Below are positions 1 through 9,178 of a DNA stretch of 60,925 nt, one piece after another (positions within the stretch are counted from its first letter, which is position 1; each line of letters opens with the position of its first letter). The stretch is from Rickettsiales bacterium (GTDB taxonomy: Bacteria; Pseudomonadota; Alphaproteobacteria; Rickettsiales; UBA3002). The stretch lies in the NCBI GenBank assembly GCA_027489915.1, contig JAIXZB010000028.1, positions 1-60,925 of the forward strand. Direction: 5' to 3'. The position numbers and the translations under genes are program-made. The notes beneath the pieces are model-generated. The model did not search any database and had not been told where the DNA came from. It was given only the letters and a program-made list of their open reading frames with translations.

Positions 1-412
1 GCATGACGAAGAAATAGGCAAGCGATGCGCCCATGAAGAATAATACGGGGCCACCAATGAGATAGGGCAGCAAAACCTTCTTCTCGCGCTTATACATTCC
101 TGGGGCGAGGAAGAGGTAGAGCTGGGTGGCGATGTAGGGGAACGTGACCATGAGACCGATGAAACAGGCAAGCTTTACATAAGTGACAAAGGTTTCAGTG
201 AGGCTGGTATATATCAGACGGCGCGATTCGTTATCGGGGAAGGCCTCAGCCAGTGGGGCGACGAGAAATTGATATACAGGCTCAACCACCAGATAGCCAA
301 GAAGGCTAAAGACAAGCCAGACCAGCACCACGCGCGTGAGGCGTGTTTTGAGTTCCAGCAGGTGCGAAAGAAGCGGTGCACGGCTTGCTTCTATGTGCGG
401 CTCAGGATTCAT
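1..412 (-). CDS. tatC: Tat translocase subunit TatC (N-terminal ~137 codons; gene runs off the left edge)
   Basis: Not in the ORF track because it is truncated by the window edge. Hand translation of the minus strand from the ATG at 410-412 gives MNPEPHIEASRAPLLSHLLELKTRLTRVVLVWL...FPYIATQLYLFLAPGMYKREKK, typical of the TatC N-terminal half. The start overlaps the tatB stop (ATGA). Confidence 0.85.
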   Translation of the reverse strand, partial: MNPEPHIEASRAPLLSHLLELKTRLTRVVLVWLVFSLLGYLVVEPVYQFLVAPLAEAFPDNESRRLIYTSLTETFVTYVKLACFIGLMVTFPYIATQLYLFLAPGMYKREKKVLLPYLIGGPVLFFMGASLAYFFVM

Positions 413-726
413 CTGCTGCCTTCAATGGATTCGGGCGTGGTATCTGTAATGCCCGGTGCGTCAGCTTCGCGTTCGGCTATGATATCGGAAATATCGTAGG
501 TTTCACGCCACTGACCCGATTCATCTTTGATGTAGGTTTTGGCATTTTTGATGCCTGATTCTTCGGCCAAACCATCGAGTTGGGCTTTGCATTCATCTAT
601 CACTTCGCGGCATTGGCGCATAAAGCGCGAAATGGCGCGGATGACGGTGGGGAGTTCTTTGGGGCCAAGAATGAGGAATGCAACCACCACAACGAGCGAT
701 AATTCGCCGAAGGATACATCGAGCAT
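409..726 (-). CDS. tatB: Tat translocase subunit TatB
   Basis: 105-aa ORF. The N-terminus MLDVSFGELSLVVVVAFLILGPKELP is the TatA/B-type TM helix plus hinge, followed by an acidic tail. It sits between tatA and tatC. Confidence 0.85.
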   Translation of the reverse strand: MLDVSFGELSLVVVVAFLILGPKELPTVIRAISRFMRQCREVIDECKAQLDGLAEESGIKNAKTYIKDESGQWRETYDISDIIAEREADAPGITDTTPESIEGSR

Positions 727-731
727 AAGTG

Positions 732-905
732 CTATTCTTCGGTTTTATCGCGGGGGAGTTTTTTATCGTCCTCGCCTTTGAGTCCATCTTTGAAATTGCG
801 CAGACCTTTGCCCAAATCGCCCATGACGCCTGGTAATTTACCTGCGCCGAAAATGACGAATACGACGATTAGGATTAGTAATATCTGCCAGATTCCTACA
901 CTCAT
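732..905 (-). CDS. tatA: Tat translocase subunit TatA
   Basis: 57-aa ORF, below the track's 60-aa cutoff. Hand translation gives MSVGIWQILLILIVVFVIFGAGKLPGVMGDLGKGLRNFKDGLKGEDDKKLPRDKTEE*, i.e. TM helix, FG hinge and amphipathic helix. It lies directly upstream of tatB. Confidence 0.85.
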   Translation of the reverse strand: MSVGIWQILLILIVVFVIFGAGKLPGVMGDLGKGLRNFKDGLKGEDDKKLPRDKTEE

Positions 906-925
906 ATGAGCCTCCGTTATGTGGG

Positions 926-1948
926 TTACGCCGCGTAAATGCCCGGCATCACACGATCCATTTCAGCAATTAAGGTTTCGGTGGTTTCGGGTTTTATCGA
1001 AAGATGCGTGAAAGCACGCTGGCAGCGCTCTAGCGCCTTGTCAGCGAGTATGGGCGTTACATTTGCGATTGCAATCATTTCATCCATCTTGCCGTTACAA
1101 TGCAGCACGATATCGCAACCAGCGTTTAGAATCTGTGTGCTGAGTGTGGCCATATTACCTGATAGCGCTTTCATCGACACATCGTCGCTCATCAGCACCC
1201 CATCGAAGCCTATTACGCTGCGAATCAGGTGTATGGCTTTGGGCGATAAGGTTGCGACATTATCCGCATCGATTGCGGTGAATAACACGTGGGCGGTCAT
1301 CCCCATCGGCAAATCGGCGAGTGCTTTGAAGGGGGCGAAATCTGTCGCCTCAAGTTCAGCGAGTGGGGTATCAACTACTGGCAGCGCTTCGTGGCTATCG
1401 GCCATTGCGCGGCCATGGCCGGGGATGTGTTTGAGCACGGTCATTACACCGCCATCGTGCAATCCTTGGGCTTGGGCGCGGGCAAGTGTTACCACACGCG
1501 AAACATCGGTTCCGAAGGCGCGATCGCCTATTATGTTGTGGCTGCCTGCTACTGGCAAATCGGCAAGCGGGGCACAGTTGACATTGATGCCGAGCGCGCG
1601 CAAATCATCGGCAATCAGGCGGGCATTTACGTAAGTTGCGCGTTTGGCGATTTCGATATCGCTTCCTGCCAAATCGGCAAAACGTGCAGCAGGTGGATAG
1701 GCGCGCCAATGCGGTGGCTTTAGGCGGGCAACACGGCCACCTTCTTGATCTATTAATATTGTGGCTAGCGGGTGATTTAAACAAGCACGAATATCAGCAA
1801 CGAGTTGCTTTACCTGCGTGGGATTATCGCAATTTCGGGCAAAAAGAATGACACCGAATGGGCGATGGTTGGTTAAAAACGCGTGCTCTTCCTCAGACAG
1901 GCTTGTGCCAGCGACACCGCAGATGAATGCTTTTATGCCTTCGCTCAT
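926..1948 (-). CDS. nagZ: beta-N-acetylhexosaminidase (GH3, NagZ)
   Basis: Contains the GH3 motif KHIPGHGRAMADSH and DQEGGRV. I place the start at the internal ATG (MSEGIKAF...), which abuts the stop of the upstream SPOR gene. The track ORF extends to 2038. Confidence 0.85.
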   Translation of the reverse strand: MSEGIKAFICGVAGTSLSEEEHAFLTNHRPFGVILFARNCDNPTQVKQLVADIRACLNHPLATILIDQEGGRVARLKPPHWRAYPPAARFADLAGSDIEIAKRATYVNARLIADDLRALGINVNCAPLADLPVAGSHNIIGDRAFGTDVSRVVTLARAQAQGLHDGGVMTVLKHIPGHGRAMADSHEALPVVDTPLAELEATDFAPFKALADLPMGMTAHVLFTAIDADNVATLSPKAIHLIRSVIGFDGVLMSDDVSMKALSGNMATLSTQILNAGCDIVLHCNGKMDEMIAIANVTPILADKALERCQRAFTHLSIKPETTETLIAEMDRVMPGIYAA

Positions 1949-1949
1949 G

Positions 1950-2882
1950 CTATTTCCCTGCAAAGAAGCAGCCTTGCCCTCGGCCAGTGAGGGTTGCGCA
2001 TGCTGATTTTGCGGCTTCAGGCGTTGCAAATCCACCAAATCTCAGACGATAAAATGTGCCATTCGGCAAATCGGCTTTTACGATGAACTGCGATTTTCCA
2101 GCCAGCACATCGCCGTTTTTGCCCAGAATGCGCTTGGCGGTTTGGTTGGCTTCGCTTTCCGATTTATACGCACCAAGCTGCACTTTGAAAGGACCATTGC
2201 CAGATGTTTGAGGAGCTGGCGCTGCTACAGGGGTCGGTTTTGCAGCAACCTCAGGCGCTTTTGGTTGCGCCGTTACTTCTGGTGCAGGGGGTGTTGAGGC
2301 TGATTTTGCCTCTGTTGCTTTTGCTATTTCAGCTGGGGCCGGGTTCTCGATGGGTTTATCGCTTACTTTCGCAATCGTTGCTTCTACTTCTTTAGCTAAT
2401 TGCTTGGACTTTTCAGCAGTGGATTCGGTGGTGGACGCAACGGCAGAAGCCAGTGCTGCGGTTTGGGCGGAATCGGATGCTTTTTCTTTAGCAGCCACTT
2501 CGCTGTCTTTGACAAAGGTGTCGGCACTAGCCGTAGCTTCGGGCTTTACAGGCTGCTCTGGTTCGGGCAGCAGTTTTTCTACTTTTGGCGCATCATCGGC
2601 TGCATAGGGCGAAATCGCATCGTAAATGGTTTTATCTTTGTGCGGGAATTCTTCGCCGCCTACTTCGGCTGGGCGCTCTTTGTAATCTGTGGTTTCGGCT
2701 TCAACGAACGCGATATCGTCTGTGCGCATCGAGTCGCTACCAGATTGATAAGCATACCACGCGAGGCCAATGAAACCTGCGATTGCAACGGCAACCACCA
2801 CACGCGGTAGGACACGTGAACGAGGTTCATCATCGCGCTGCGCGCTTGGTACATCATCAAAATCATCGAAATCAGGGTTCAT
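1950..2882 (-). CDS. SPOR domain-containing membrane protein
   Basis: Architecture is an N-terminal TM segment (VVVAVAIAGFIGLAWYAY), a long Ala/Pro/Glu/Lys-rich linker and a C-terminal SPOR-like fold (FKVQLGAYKSESEANQ...YRLRFGGFATPEAAKSAC). The start at MNPDFDD overlaps the argS stop (ATGA). The track ORF extends to 2915. Confidence 0.75.
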   Translation of the reverse strand: MNPDFDDFDDVPSAQRDDEPRSRVLPRVVVAVAIAGFIGLAWYAYQSGSDSMRTDDIAFVEAETTDYKERPAEVGGEEFPHKDKTIYDAISPYAADDAPKVEKLLPEPEQPVKPEATASADTFVKDSEVAAKEKASDSAQTAALASAVASTTESTAEKSKQLAKEVEATIAKVSDKPIENPAPAEIAKATEAKSASTPPAPEVTAQPKAPEVAAKPTPVAAPAPQTSGNGPFKVQLGAYKSESEANQTAKRILGKNGDVLAGKSQFIVKADLPNGTFYRLRFGGFATPEAAKSACATLTGRGQGCFFAGK

Positions 2883-4801
2883 CCGCGCAGCTCCTTCGCT
2901 GGTGTTACGCCACAAATGGCGAGGCCTGAAGCTATAACAAGCGCTAGCGCTCGTGCAAGCGCCAAACGCGCCGTTGTGAGTTGTGGGTTATCTTTTACGA
3001 TGAAACGCATCTGCGCATCGCCCTGCCCCAAGTTCCAGAAACCATGGAATTCTGCGGCTAATTCATGCAGGTAAAAAGGAATGCGGTGCGGTTCGCGCGC
3101 CAATGCTGCCTGTTCGACAATGCGCGGCCATTGAGCGAGCTTGCGCAGCAACGCAAGTTCAGCTGGGTGCGTGAGGCAAGCAACCTGATTTGCATCCACT
3201 GCATTAAACGCTGTCAAGGCCGCTGGCGCTTCAGTTTCAGCCAAACGCATGAGCGAGTGGGTGCGTGCGTGGGCGTATTGGACATAAAATACAGGGTTTT
3301 CTTTGGATTGCTCTTTGACCTTATCCAAATCAAATTCCATGACCATATCACTTTTGCGGGTGAGCATAATGAAGCGCAGAATATCTTTGCCTACGGCCTC
3401 CAACACATCGTGCACGGTGATAAAATTCCCTGCACGTTTGCTCATTTTGAAGGGTTCGCCGTTTTGGAATAAATGCACGAGTTGGCACAAGAGTACATCG
3501 CAGCGGGATTTGCCGCCAGAAAGTGCCGAAACGGCTGCCTGCAGGCGCTTCACATAACCACCATGATCGGCACCTAGCACTAGAATCTGATTAGTGAAAC
3601 CGCGCGAGTGTTTATCGGCGGCAAGTGCTAAATCGGCGGCGAAATAAGTGTATATACCATCGGATTTTTGTAGTGGCCTATCGACATCATCGCCGTGGTC
3701 GGTGGAGCGAAACAGTAATTGTTCGCGTGGCTCCCACTCTTCGGGGGTTTTGCCCTTGGGTGGCTCCAGCACTCCGCGATAAACAAGATTATCTGCCTGA
3801 AGCTGTGCGATAGCGGATTCGATTTTATGAGCCGCATGAAGCGAAGCTTCGGAGGTGAATACATTATGTTCAATACCTAAATCTTTTAAGTCAGATTTTA
3901 TAAGACCAAGCATGCATTCGATGGCGATACTCTGGCATAGCGGCAGCCATATGGCTTCCTCGGCGTTAAGCAGGGTTTCGCCGTGCGCGGCTTTAATCGC
4001 CTCACCTGCTTCTTTCATGTATTCGCCGGGATAGAGGCCTTCGGGCATTTCACCGATGGACTCACCACATGCCTCGCGGTAACGCAGATAGGCAGAGCGC
4101 GCGACTTTGCTTATCTGCGCGCCTGCATCGTTGATGTAGTATTCTTTGGTGACGTTGTAGCCAGCTTTTTGCATAAGGTTTGCCAGAGCATCGCCCACCA
4201 CCGCACCGCGCGCATGGCCCACATGCAGCGGGCCTGTGGGATTGGCAGATACATATTCAATATTCACTTTTTCGCTTTTGCCGATGCTGGAATCGCCAAA
4301 TGCTTCTTTTTGCGCCAATATTACAGGCACAAGGGAGGTGAACTGCGCGGCATCTACACGTATGTTAATGAAGCCCGGCCCTGCGATTTCGACTGACGTA
4401 ATCCCCTTAACTGCGCGCAATGATTCGGCGATTTTTTCGGCTACGTCGCGCGGCTTTTGTTTGGCTTGACCTGCAAGTACCATGGCCGCGTTGGTGGCGA
4501 AATCGCCATGCGCTGCATCGACACGCAGATTAATGAAGCCTGGCCCTGCGATTTCGACTGACGTAATCCCCTTAACTGCACGCAGTGATTCGGCGATTTT
4601 TTCGGCTACGTCGCGCGGCTTTTGTTTGGCTTGACCTGCAAGCACCATGGCCGCGTTAGTGGCGAAATCGCCATGCGCAGCATCGCGCGGTGGTTCGACG
4701 GTGATGGCATCGGTGGCTAGGCCAGAGGGAAATTCGCCAGATGCAACGAGGGCTTCAACGGCGCTTAGAACATGGGTGCGGTAATGGGCGTAGAGGTTCA
4801 T
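2879..4801 (-). CDS. argS: arginine--tRNA ligase, carrying an internal 55-aa tandem duplication
   Basis: Class I signatures are present (SANPTGPLHVGHARG; MSKRAG) and there is a DALR-type C-terminus. At 640 aa it is longer than usual because of the duplicated segment (see the repeat feature). Confidence 0.9.
   Translation of the reverse strand: MNLYAHYRTHVLSAVEALVASGEFPSGLATDAITVEPPRDAAHGDFATNAAMVLAGQAKQKPRDVAEKIAESLRAVKGITSVEIAGPGFINLRVDAAHGDFATNAAMVLAGQAKQKPRDVAEKIAESLRAVKGITSVEIAGPGFINIRVDAAQFTSLVPVILAQKEAFGDSSIGKSEKVNIEYVSANPTGPLHVGHARGAVVGDALANLMQKAGYNVTKEYYINDAGAQISKVARSAYLRYREACGESIGEMPEGLYPGEYMKEAGEAIKAAHGETLLNAEEAIWLPLCQSIAIECMLGLIKSDLKDLGIEHNVFTSEASLHAAHKIESAIAQLQADNLVYRGVLEPPKGKTPEEWEPREQLLFRSTDHGDDVDRPLQKSDGIYTYFAADLALAADKHSRGFTNQILVLGADHGGYVKRLQAAVSALSGGKSRCDVLLCQLVHLFQNGEPFKMSKRAGNFITVHDVLEAVGKDILRFIMLTRKSDMVMEFDLDKVKEQSKENPVFYVQYAHARTHSLMRLAETEAPAALTAFNAVDANQVACLTHPAELALLRKLAQWPRIVEQAALAREPHRIPFYLHELAAEFHGFWNLGQGDAQMRFIVKDNPQLTTARLALARALALVIASGLAICGVTPAKELRG
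4350..4679 (-). repeat. in-frame tandem duplication, 2 x 165 bp, inside argS
   Basis: Copy A (4350-4514) and copy B (4515-4679) are head to tail. My hand alignment gives 10 mismatches in 165 nt. The encoded 55-aa units are identical except for one L/I. Confidence 0.85.
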
Positions 4802-4803
4802 GA

Positions 4804-5973
4804 TTACGTCTTAATTGCAGGGTCAAAAATACGAGCATGTTCCTCTAGGGCAAAACGGTCGGTCATGCCAGCGATATAATCGGCGACGGTTTCGGCAGCT
4901 TGCTGGGTTTTGGCCTGCCCTGCAAGGCTGCGCCACTGGGTGGGCAAGCATTCTGGTTCGGATAGAAAAAAATCGAATAACTGCGCCACCACTCGCCGTG
5001 CTTTGCTCGACATGCGGTTCACTTTGTAATGTCGATACATACGCGCAAACAGAAATTCCTTGATGACAGTATTGGCTTTCGCCATTTCACCCGAAAATTC
5101 GGCGACTGGGCGGCCAAGAGCGCGCACATCACTTGCCGTTTGGATTTTGGCAGCTTTGATGGTTGCGCGCGTGGTATCGAGCAGATCGGCGACCATGCGG
5201 TTAATCATGCGGCGAATCACCTCATGCGCCTGACGGTTGGGGCCAACAGAGGGATGCTGCTTTTGTACTTCATGAATAATATCAGCCAAAAGTGGCAATG
5301 TCGCTAATTCTTCGAGTGTAAAAAACTCGGCACGCAGCCCATCTTCGATATCGTGATTGTGGTAAGCGATATCGTCCGCAAGGGCGGCTACTTGAGCTTC
5401 GAGTGATGCGTAGCTTGATAGAGCTAAATCATGGGTGTCGGTGTAATGTTTGAGCGCACGGGGCAGAGGTTTGGTAATGCCTGCCCCCACAAGTGGGCCG
5501 TTATGTTTGGCAATGCCCTCTAATGTTTCCCATGTAAGGTTGAGGCCATCAAAGGCAGCATACCGCGCTTCAAGATGGGTAAGGATGCGGATGGTTTGGG
5601 CGTTGTGATCGAAGCCACCAAATTGTTGCATTGCTTCATTCAGTCCATCTTCACCTGCATGACCGAAGGGCGTGTGACCGAGGTCATGTGCCAAAGCGAG
5701 GGCTTCCGCTAAATCTTCGTTCAAAGCCAAACAACGGCTCATGGAACGCGCAAGTTGCGAGACTTCGAGCGAGTGGGTCAAGCGAGTGCGGTAATGATCT
5801 CCTTCGTGATTGACGAATACTTGGGTTTTATATTCAAGCCTTCGGAAGGCAGCGGAATGGATGATACGGTCGCGGTCGCGCTGGAAGCAGGAACGCATTC
5901 CGCACTCGGATTCGGCTACTAAGCGGCCGCGAGACTGGGCTGGATGCGATGCATATGAGGCAAGTTCGGTCAT
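4804..5973 (-). CDS. dgt: dGTPase-like deoxyguanosinetriphosphate triphosphohydrolase (HD domain)
   Basis: Has HD-domain motifs (HSLEVSQLAR...AHDLGHTPFGHAGE) and an N-terminal SRGR...RDRDRIIHSAAFRRLEYKTQVF. The ATG at 5973 is preferred. The track ORF starts at a TTG at 6009. Confidence 0.8.
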   Translation of the reverse strand: MTELASYASHPAQSRGRLVAESECGMRSCFQRDRDRIIHSAAFRRLEYKTQVFVNHEGDHYRTRLTHSLEVSQLARSMSRCLALNEDLAEALALAHDLGHTPFGHAGEDGLNEAMQQFGGFDHNAQTIRILTHLEARYAAFDGLNLTWETLEGIAKHNGPLVGAGITKPLPRALKHYTDTHDLALSSYASLEAQVAALADDIAYHNHDIEDGLRAEFFTLEELATLPLLADIIHEVQKQHPSVGPNRQAHEVIRRMINRMVADLLDTTRATIKAAKIQTASDVRALGRPVAEFSGEMAKANTVIKEFLFARMYRHYKVNRMSSKARRVVAQLFDFFLSEPECLPTQWRSLAGQAKTQQAAETVADYIAGMTDRFALEEHARIFDPAIKT

Positions 5974-6035
5974 AAAAATGCTTGTAGCCTGAGGATACCT
6001 CTTGTGCAAGCGAGCAAGCGCGTTACATTAGCCGT

Positions 6036-6371
6036 ATGGATACGAATTTCGATATCAGCGACTCGGCGGCACAACGCATTAGCTATTTGCTTAGTGATGA
6101 GCCAGAAGGAAGCCACCTGCGCGTTGCCGTGCTGGGAGGTGGCTGCTCGGGCTTTCAGTACCGCTTTGAGTTTGATGCTACCTCGCCTGCAACGGACGAC
6201 ATTGTGTACGATAAAGAAGGTGCGCGGGTGGTGGTGGATACTACTTCGCTTGAACTGCTGAAAGGTTCGATGCTCGATTATGTGGCAGATTTAAGTGGTG
6301 CGGCATTTGAAATAAAGAACCCCAACGCCAAGGCCTCGTGCGGGTGCGGCAACTCTTTTTCCATCGGCTAG
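6036..6371 (+). CDS. erpA: HesB/IscA-family iron-sulfur cluster insertion protein (ErpA-like)
   Basis: 111 aa with GGGCSGFQY and the C-terminal CGCGNSF cysteine signature. Confidence 0.8.
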   Translation: MDTNFDISDSAAQRISYLLSDEPEGSHLRVAVLGGGCSGFQYRFEFDATSPATDDIVYDKEGARVVVDTTSLELLKGSMLDYVADLSGAAFEIKNPNAKASCGCGNSFSIG

Positions 6372-6373
6372 TG

Positions 6374-7162
6374 ATGGATATTACGCTTGCTACGTTTAAT
6401 GTGAATTCACTCAAATCACGTATGGTGAACCTTCTGGCGTGGCTTGATAGAAGCCCTGTGGATGTATTGCTACTGCAGGAAACAAAAACGGTGGATGAAC
6501 AATTCCCGCGCATGGAGCTTGAGGATTTAGGCTACAACCTCGCGATTCATGGGCAGAAAACCTATAACGGCGTCTGCATCGCTTCAAAATTTCCTCTGGA
6601 TGATGTAATTATGGGCCTGCCAAGCGATGTGCCCGATGAACAGGCGCGCTATATAGAAGCGGTGCTTAGCGTGGCTGGAAAAACGCTGCGTGTTGCATCG
6701 TCATATGTGCCCAATGGTCAGGCGGTGGATTCCGATAAATTTCCTTACAAGCTTGGATTTTACGATAGGCTCTATACGCATTGGAAACGTCAACTTGCAT
6801 TTCGGGAAATTGCTGTGCTGGGTGGCGATTTCAACTGCGCCCCTGAAGCTTTGGATGTGCACGATGCCAAGGCGCTGGAAGGCAGCATCTGCTTTCATCC
6901 GCTGGAGCGCGAAAAGCTGCGCTCGCTTATGTATCTGGGGTTATACGATGCGTTTCGTGGCAAGCACCCCACGCAACAAGCGTATAGCTGGTGGGATTAC
7001 CGCGCAGGGAGTTTTGAGCGCGGACATGGCTTGCGAATTGATCACATGCTATTATCATCGCAAGCGATGGATGCGTGCAGTGCGTGCGCGATAGATGAAT
7101 GGCCGCGCGCGCAGGAAAGACCCTCGGATCACGCGCCTGTGATAGTTACGCTTTCGGTTTAG
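6374..7162 (+). CDS. xthA: exodeoxyribonuclease III
   Basis: MDITLATFNVNSL...LLLQETK...GGDFN...SDHAPV match the EEP/ExoIII motifs. The start is the ATG 3 nt after the erpA stop. The track ORF starts at 6338. Confidence 0.9.
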   Translation: MDITLATFNVNSLKSRMVNLLAWLDRSPVDVLLLQETKTVDEQFPRMELEDLGYNLAIHGQKTYNGVCIASKFPLDDVIMGLPSDVPDEQARYIEAVLSVAGKTLRVASSYVPNGQAVDSDKFPYKLGFYDRLYTHWKRQLAFREIAVLGGDFNCAPEALDVHDAKALEGSICFHPLEREKLRSLMYLGLYDAFRGKHPTQQAYSWWDYRAGSFERGHGLRIDHMLLSSQAMDACSACAIDEWPRAQERPSDHAPVIVTLSV

Positions 7163-8694
7163 AATGTTCCTGGTGTTTCGTCTTTGAAACTTTCAGGAAT
7201 AGAAGCAGTTACGTTTGAGCTAAAACGCGTAACTACAGGTCCAGTTGTTTCGGCAGATTCGGCGTAATGATTAGCGCCTGCGAAAGGTTTGCCATGTACT
7301 TTGCTTGGTGGTTGTAGGTAGGTTGGGTCTGGCACAGGTGTAGTGCGGTTGCGGCCATTATGCTTCGATTGATACAAGGCATTATCGGCACGTTTGAGTA
7401 GAGATTCTGGGGTATCCCCCGGTTCTATCCATGACAGACCAATGCTTATGGTTTTGGAGATAGCACCGACATCGTGGGTAATTTTGAATGGAGTGTTTTC
7501 AACTATTTTACGGATACGCTCGGCACCTTCATAGCCACGAGAAGCATCGGTTTCTGGCATTAAAATTACAAATTCTTCGCCGCCATAGCGCGCGGCTAAA
7601 TCGGCACTACGGATGGTTTGTACGATAAGTGCCGCGAGTTGACGCAACACTTCATCGCCGCAATCATGGCCGTATGTATCGTTGACGGATTTGAAATGAT
7701 CCATATCCATAATCAGCAGCGACAACGGACGGCCAGAATCCGCAGCTTGCTTAAGAAGGTTTTTCAGGTGGGTATCAAGGTAATGGCGATTATAAAGCTT
7801 GGTAAGGCCATCGGTCACAGCAAGAGAGACGCTTTCTTGATAATTGGATTTGAGCGCTTCTTGGTATTTCTTGCGACGAATCTGGGTTTTCACACGTGCC
7901 GTAAGCTCGTTGAAATCTACAGGTGTGCTAAGGTAATCGTTCACTCCTAAATCGAGCGCTTTGAGCATCAAATTTTGCTGATCCTCTTCGACTAGCATGA
8001 TAATAGGAACGTGGCGGATGGATTCGATGGCTTTGAATTGCGTAGCCAGACGCAATCCATCAATTTCTGTGAGATTCTGTGATATTACGAGCAAATCAAA
8101 ATCAGTCTCTGCTTTAGCTTTTTCTAGTGCTTGCAGATGATCGGAGAAATTATCGACACGGTAGCTTGCGGAGAGTTTATCGACGATGCGGCGTGATTGC
8201 ACAATATCATCATCGACGACCATGATGCGTGCACCTGACACATCCATGTTCAGGCCAAACTTATCGCCCATCATGCCCATTTGAGAGCCGGATTTATCAC
8301 GCAGGCGAAGTTCATCAATCAGTACTTTAATGCGCACGAGTGAGCGCACGCGGGCGAATAGTGCGGTATCGTTTATGGGTTTGGTGATGAAATCATCCGC
8401 TCCTGCCTCTAGCCCCTGCACGCGGTCAGAAGGTTCAGAGAGCGCAGTTACCATGACCACGGGAATATGCGAAATATCGGCATCCTGCTTCATCTGGCGG
8501 CAGCATTCAAAGCCGTCCATTCCAGGCATCATCACATCGAGAAGGATTAAATCGGGTTTGCGGGCGCGGGCTTGCTCGAGGCACTCATAACCATCCTTGG
8601 CGGTGATAACATCGAAATATTCGTTACTTAATTTTGCTTCTAAGAGCTTTACGTTGGCGGGCACATCATCAACCACCAGAATTACACCTGTCAC
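7159..8694 (-). CDS. pleD: response regulator diguanylate cyclase PleD (REC-REC-GGDEF)
   Basis: Two receiver domains are followed by GGDEF with GGEEF and an upstream RSAD I-site. It lies immediately downstream of divK. It has a ~60-aa tail after the GGDEF domain. Confidence 0.85.
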   Translation of the reverse strand: MTGVILVVDDVPANVKLLEAKLSNEYFDVITAKDGYECLEQARARKPDLILLDVMMPGMDGFECCRQMKQDADISHIPVVMVTALSEPSDRVQGLEAGADDFITKPINDTALFARVRSLVRIKVLIDELRLRDKSGSQMGMMGDKFGLNMDVSGARIMVVDDDIVQSRRIVDKLSASYRVDNFSDHLQALEKAKAETDFDLLVISQNLTEIDGLRLATQFKAIESIRHVPIIMLVEEDQQNLMLKALDLGVNDYLSTPVDFNELTARVKTQIRRKKYQEALKSNYQESVSLAVTDGLTKLYNRHYLDTHLKNLLKQAADSGRPLSLLIMDMDHFKSVNDTYGHDCGDEVLRQLAALIVQTIRSADLAARYGGEEFVILMPETDASRGYEGAERIRKIVENTPFKITHDVGAISKTISIGLSWIEPGDTPESLLKRADNALYQSKHNGRNRTTPVPDPTYLQPPSKVHGKPFAGANHYAESAETTGPVVTRFSSNVTASIPESFKDETPGTF

Positions 8695-9084
8695 CTATGC
8701 CTCCACTATTGCTGGCTCGAGGAAGCGACGCACGGTGACCATGAAATGCTCAATCGAAATGGGTTTAGATAAATACGCTTCGCAGCCTGCACGAAGGATG
8801 CGATCTTCGTCATCTTTCATGGCGAAAGCGGTTACGGCAATAATGGGGATGTGGCGCATGGAGTTGTCGGACTTTATTTTACGGGTTATGTCTAGCCCAG
8901 AGACTTCGGGCAGTTGGATATCCATGATAATAAGGTCAGGAAGTAAATTTCTGGTTAATCCGATGGCCTCAAGTCCCTCTTTTGTTTCGACAGTGTCGTA
9001 CCCATTCGCGTTCAGAAGGTCGCGAAAGAGCTTCAGATTGAGGTCGTTATCTTCAACGATAAGAATGCGTTTGCGCGGTGCCAT
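8695..9084 (-). CDS. divK: single-domain response regulator DivK
   Basis: 129-aa stand-alone receiver ([10 protein letters not shown]...[12 protein letters not shown]...AFAMK) directly upstream of pleD, the classic alphaproteobacterial divK-pleD pair. Confidence 0.8.
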   Translation of the reverse strand: MAPRKRILIVEDNDLNLKLFRDLLNANGYDTVETKEGLEAIGLTRNLLPDLIIMDIQLPEVSGLDITRKIKSDNSMRHIPIIAVTAFAMKDDEDRILRAGCEAYLSKPISIEHFMVTVRRFLEPAIVEA

Positions 9085-9178
9085 CAGCTTTCGTGACCTG
9101 AAGTGATTTGAACTATCACCATATCAAAAAAACACGTTAAAGCAATGCTTTATTGGTTATCCACAGATGGGGATAAGA

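Noticed and set aside
939-1634. Long antisense or alternative-frame ORFs in the track, for example 939-1634(+), 8597-9106(+), 12687-13091(+), 16708-17196(-), 40538-41215(+) and 50867-51553(-).
   Set aside because: Each lies entirely inside, and opposite to or out of frame with, a gene carrying unmistakable family motifs (nagZ, divK/pleD, EIIA, rpoN, pyrG, gltX). Their translations are low-complexity or Arg/Ser/Cys-rich with no motifs. They are shadow ORFs.
4350-4679. Reading the argS duplication as an assembly artefact or pseudogenisation.
   Set aside because: The copies differ at about 10 positions yet the reading frame is intact, and the peptide units differ at a single L/I. An artefactual duplication would be identical, and a decaying gene would not show almost exclusively synonymous change. 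Read-level confirmation is still advised.
9126-9152. A possible terminator after the 370-aa orphan (palindrome TAAAGCA-A-TGCTTTA with a nearby T7 tract on the minus strand).
   Set aside because: The stem is AT-rich with an essentially 1-3 nt loop, and the T-tract is separated from it by 4 nt. This is too weak to call.
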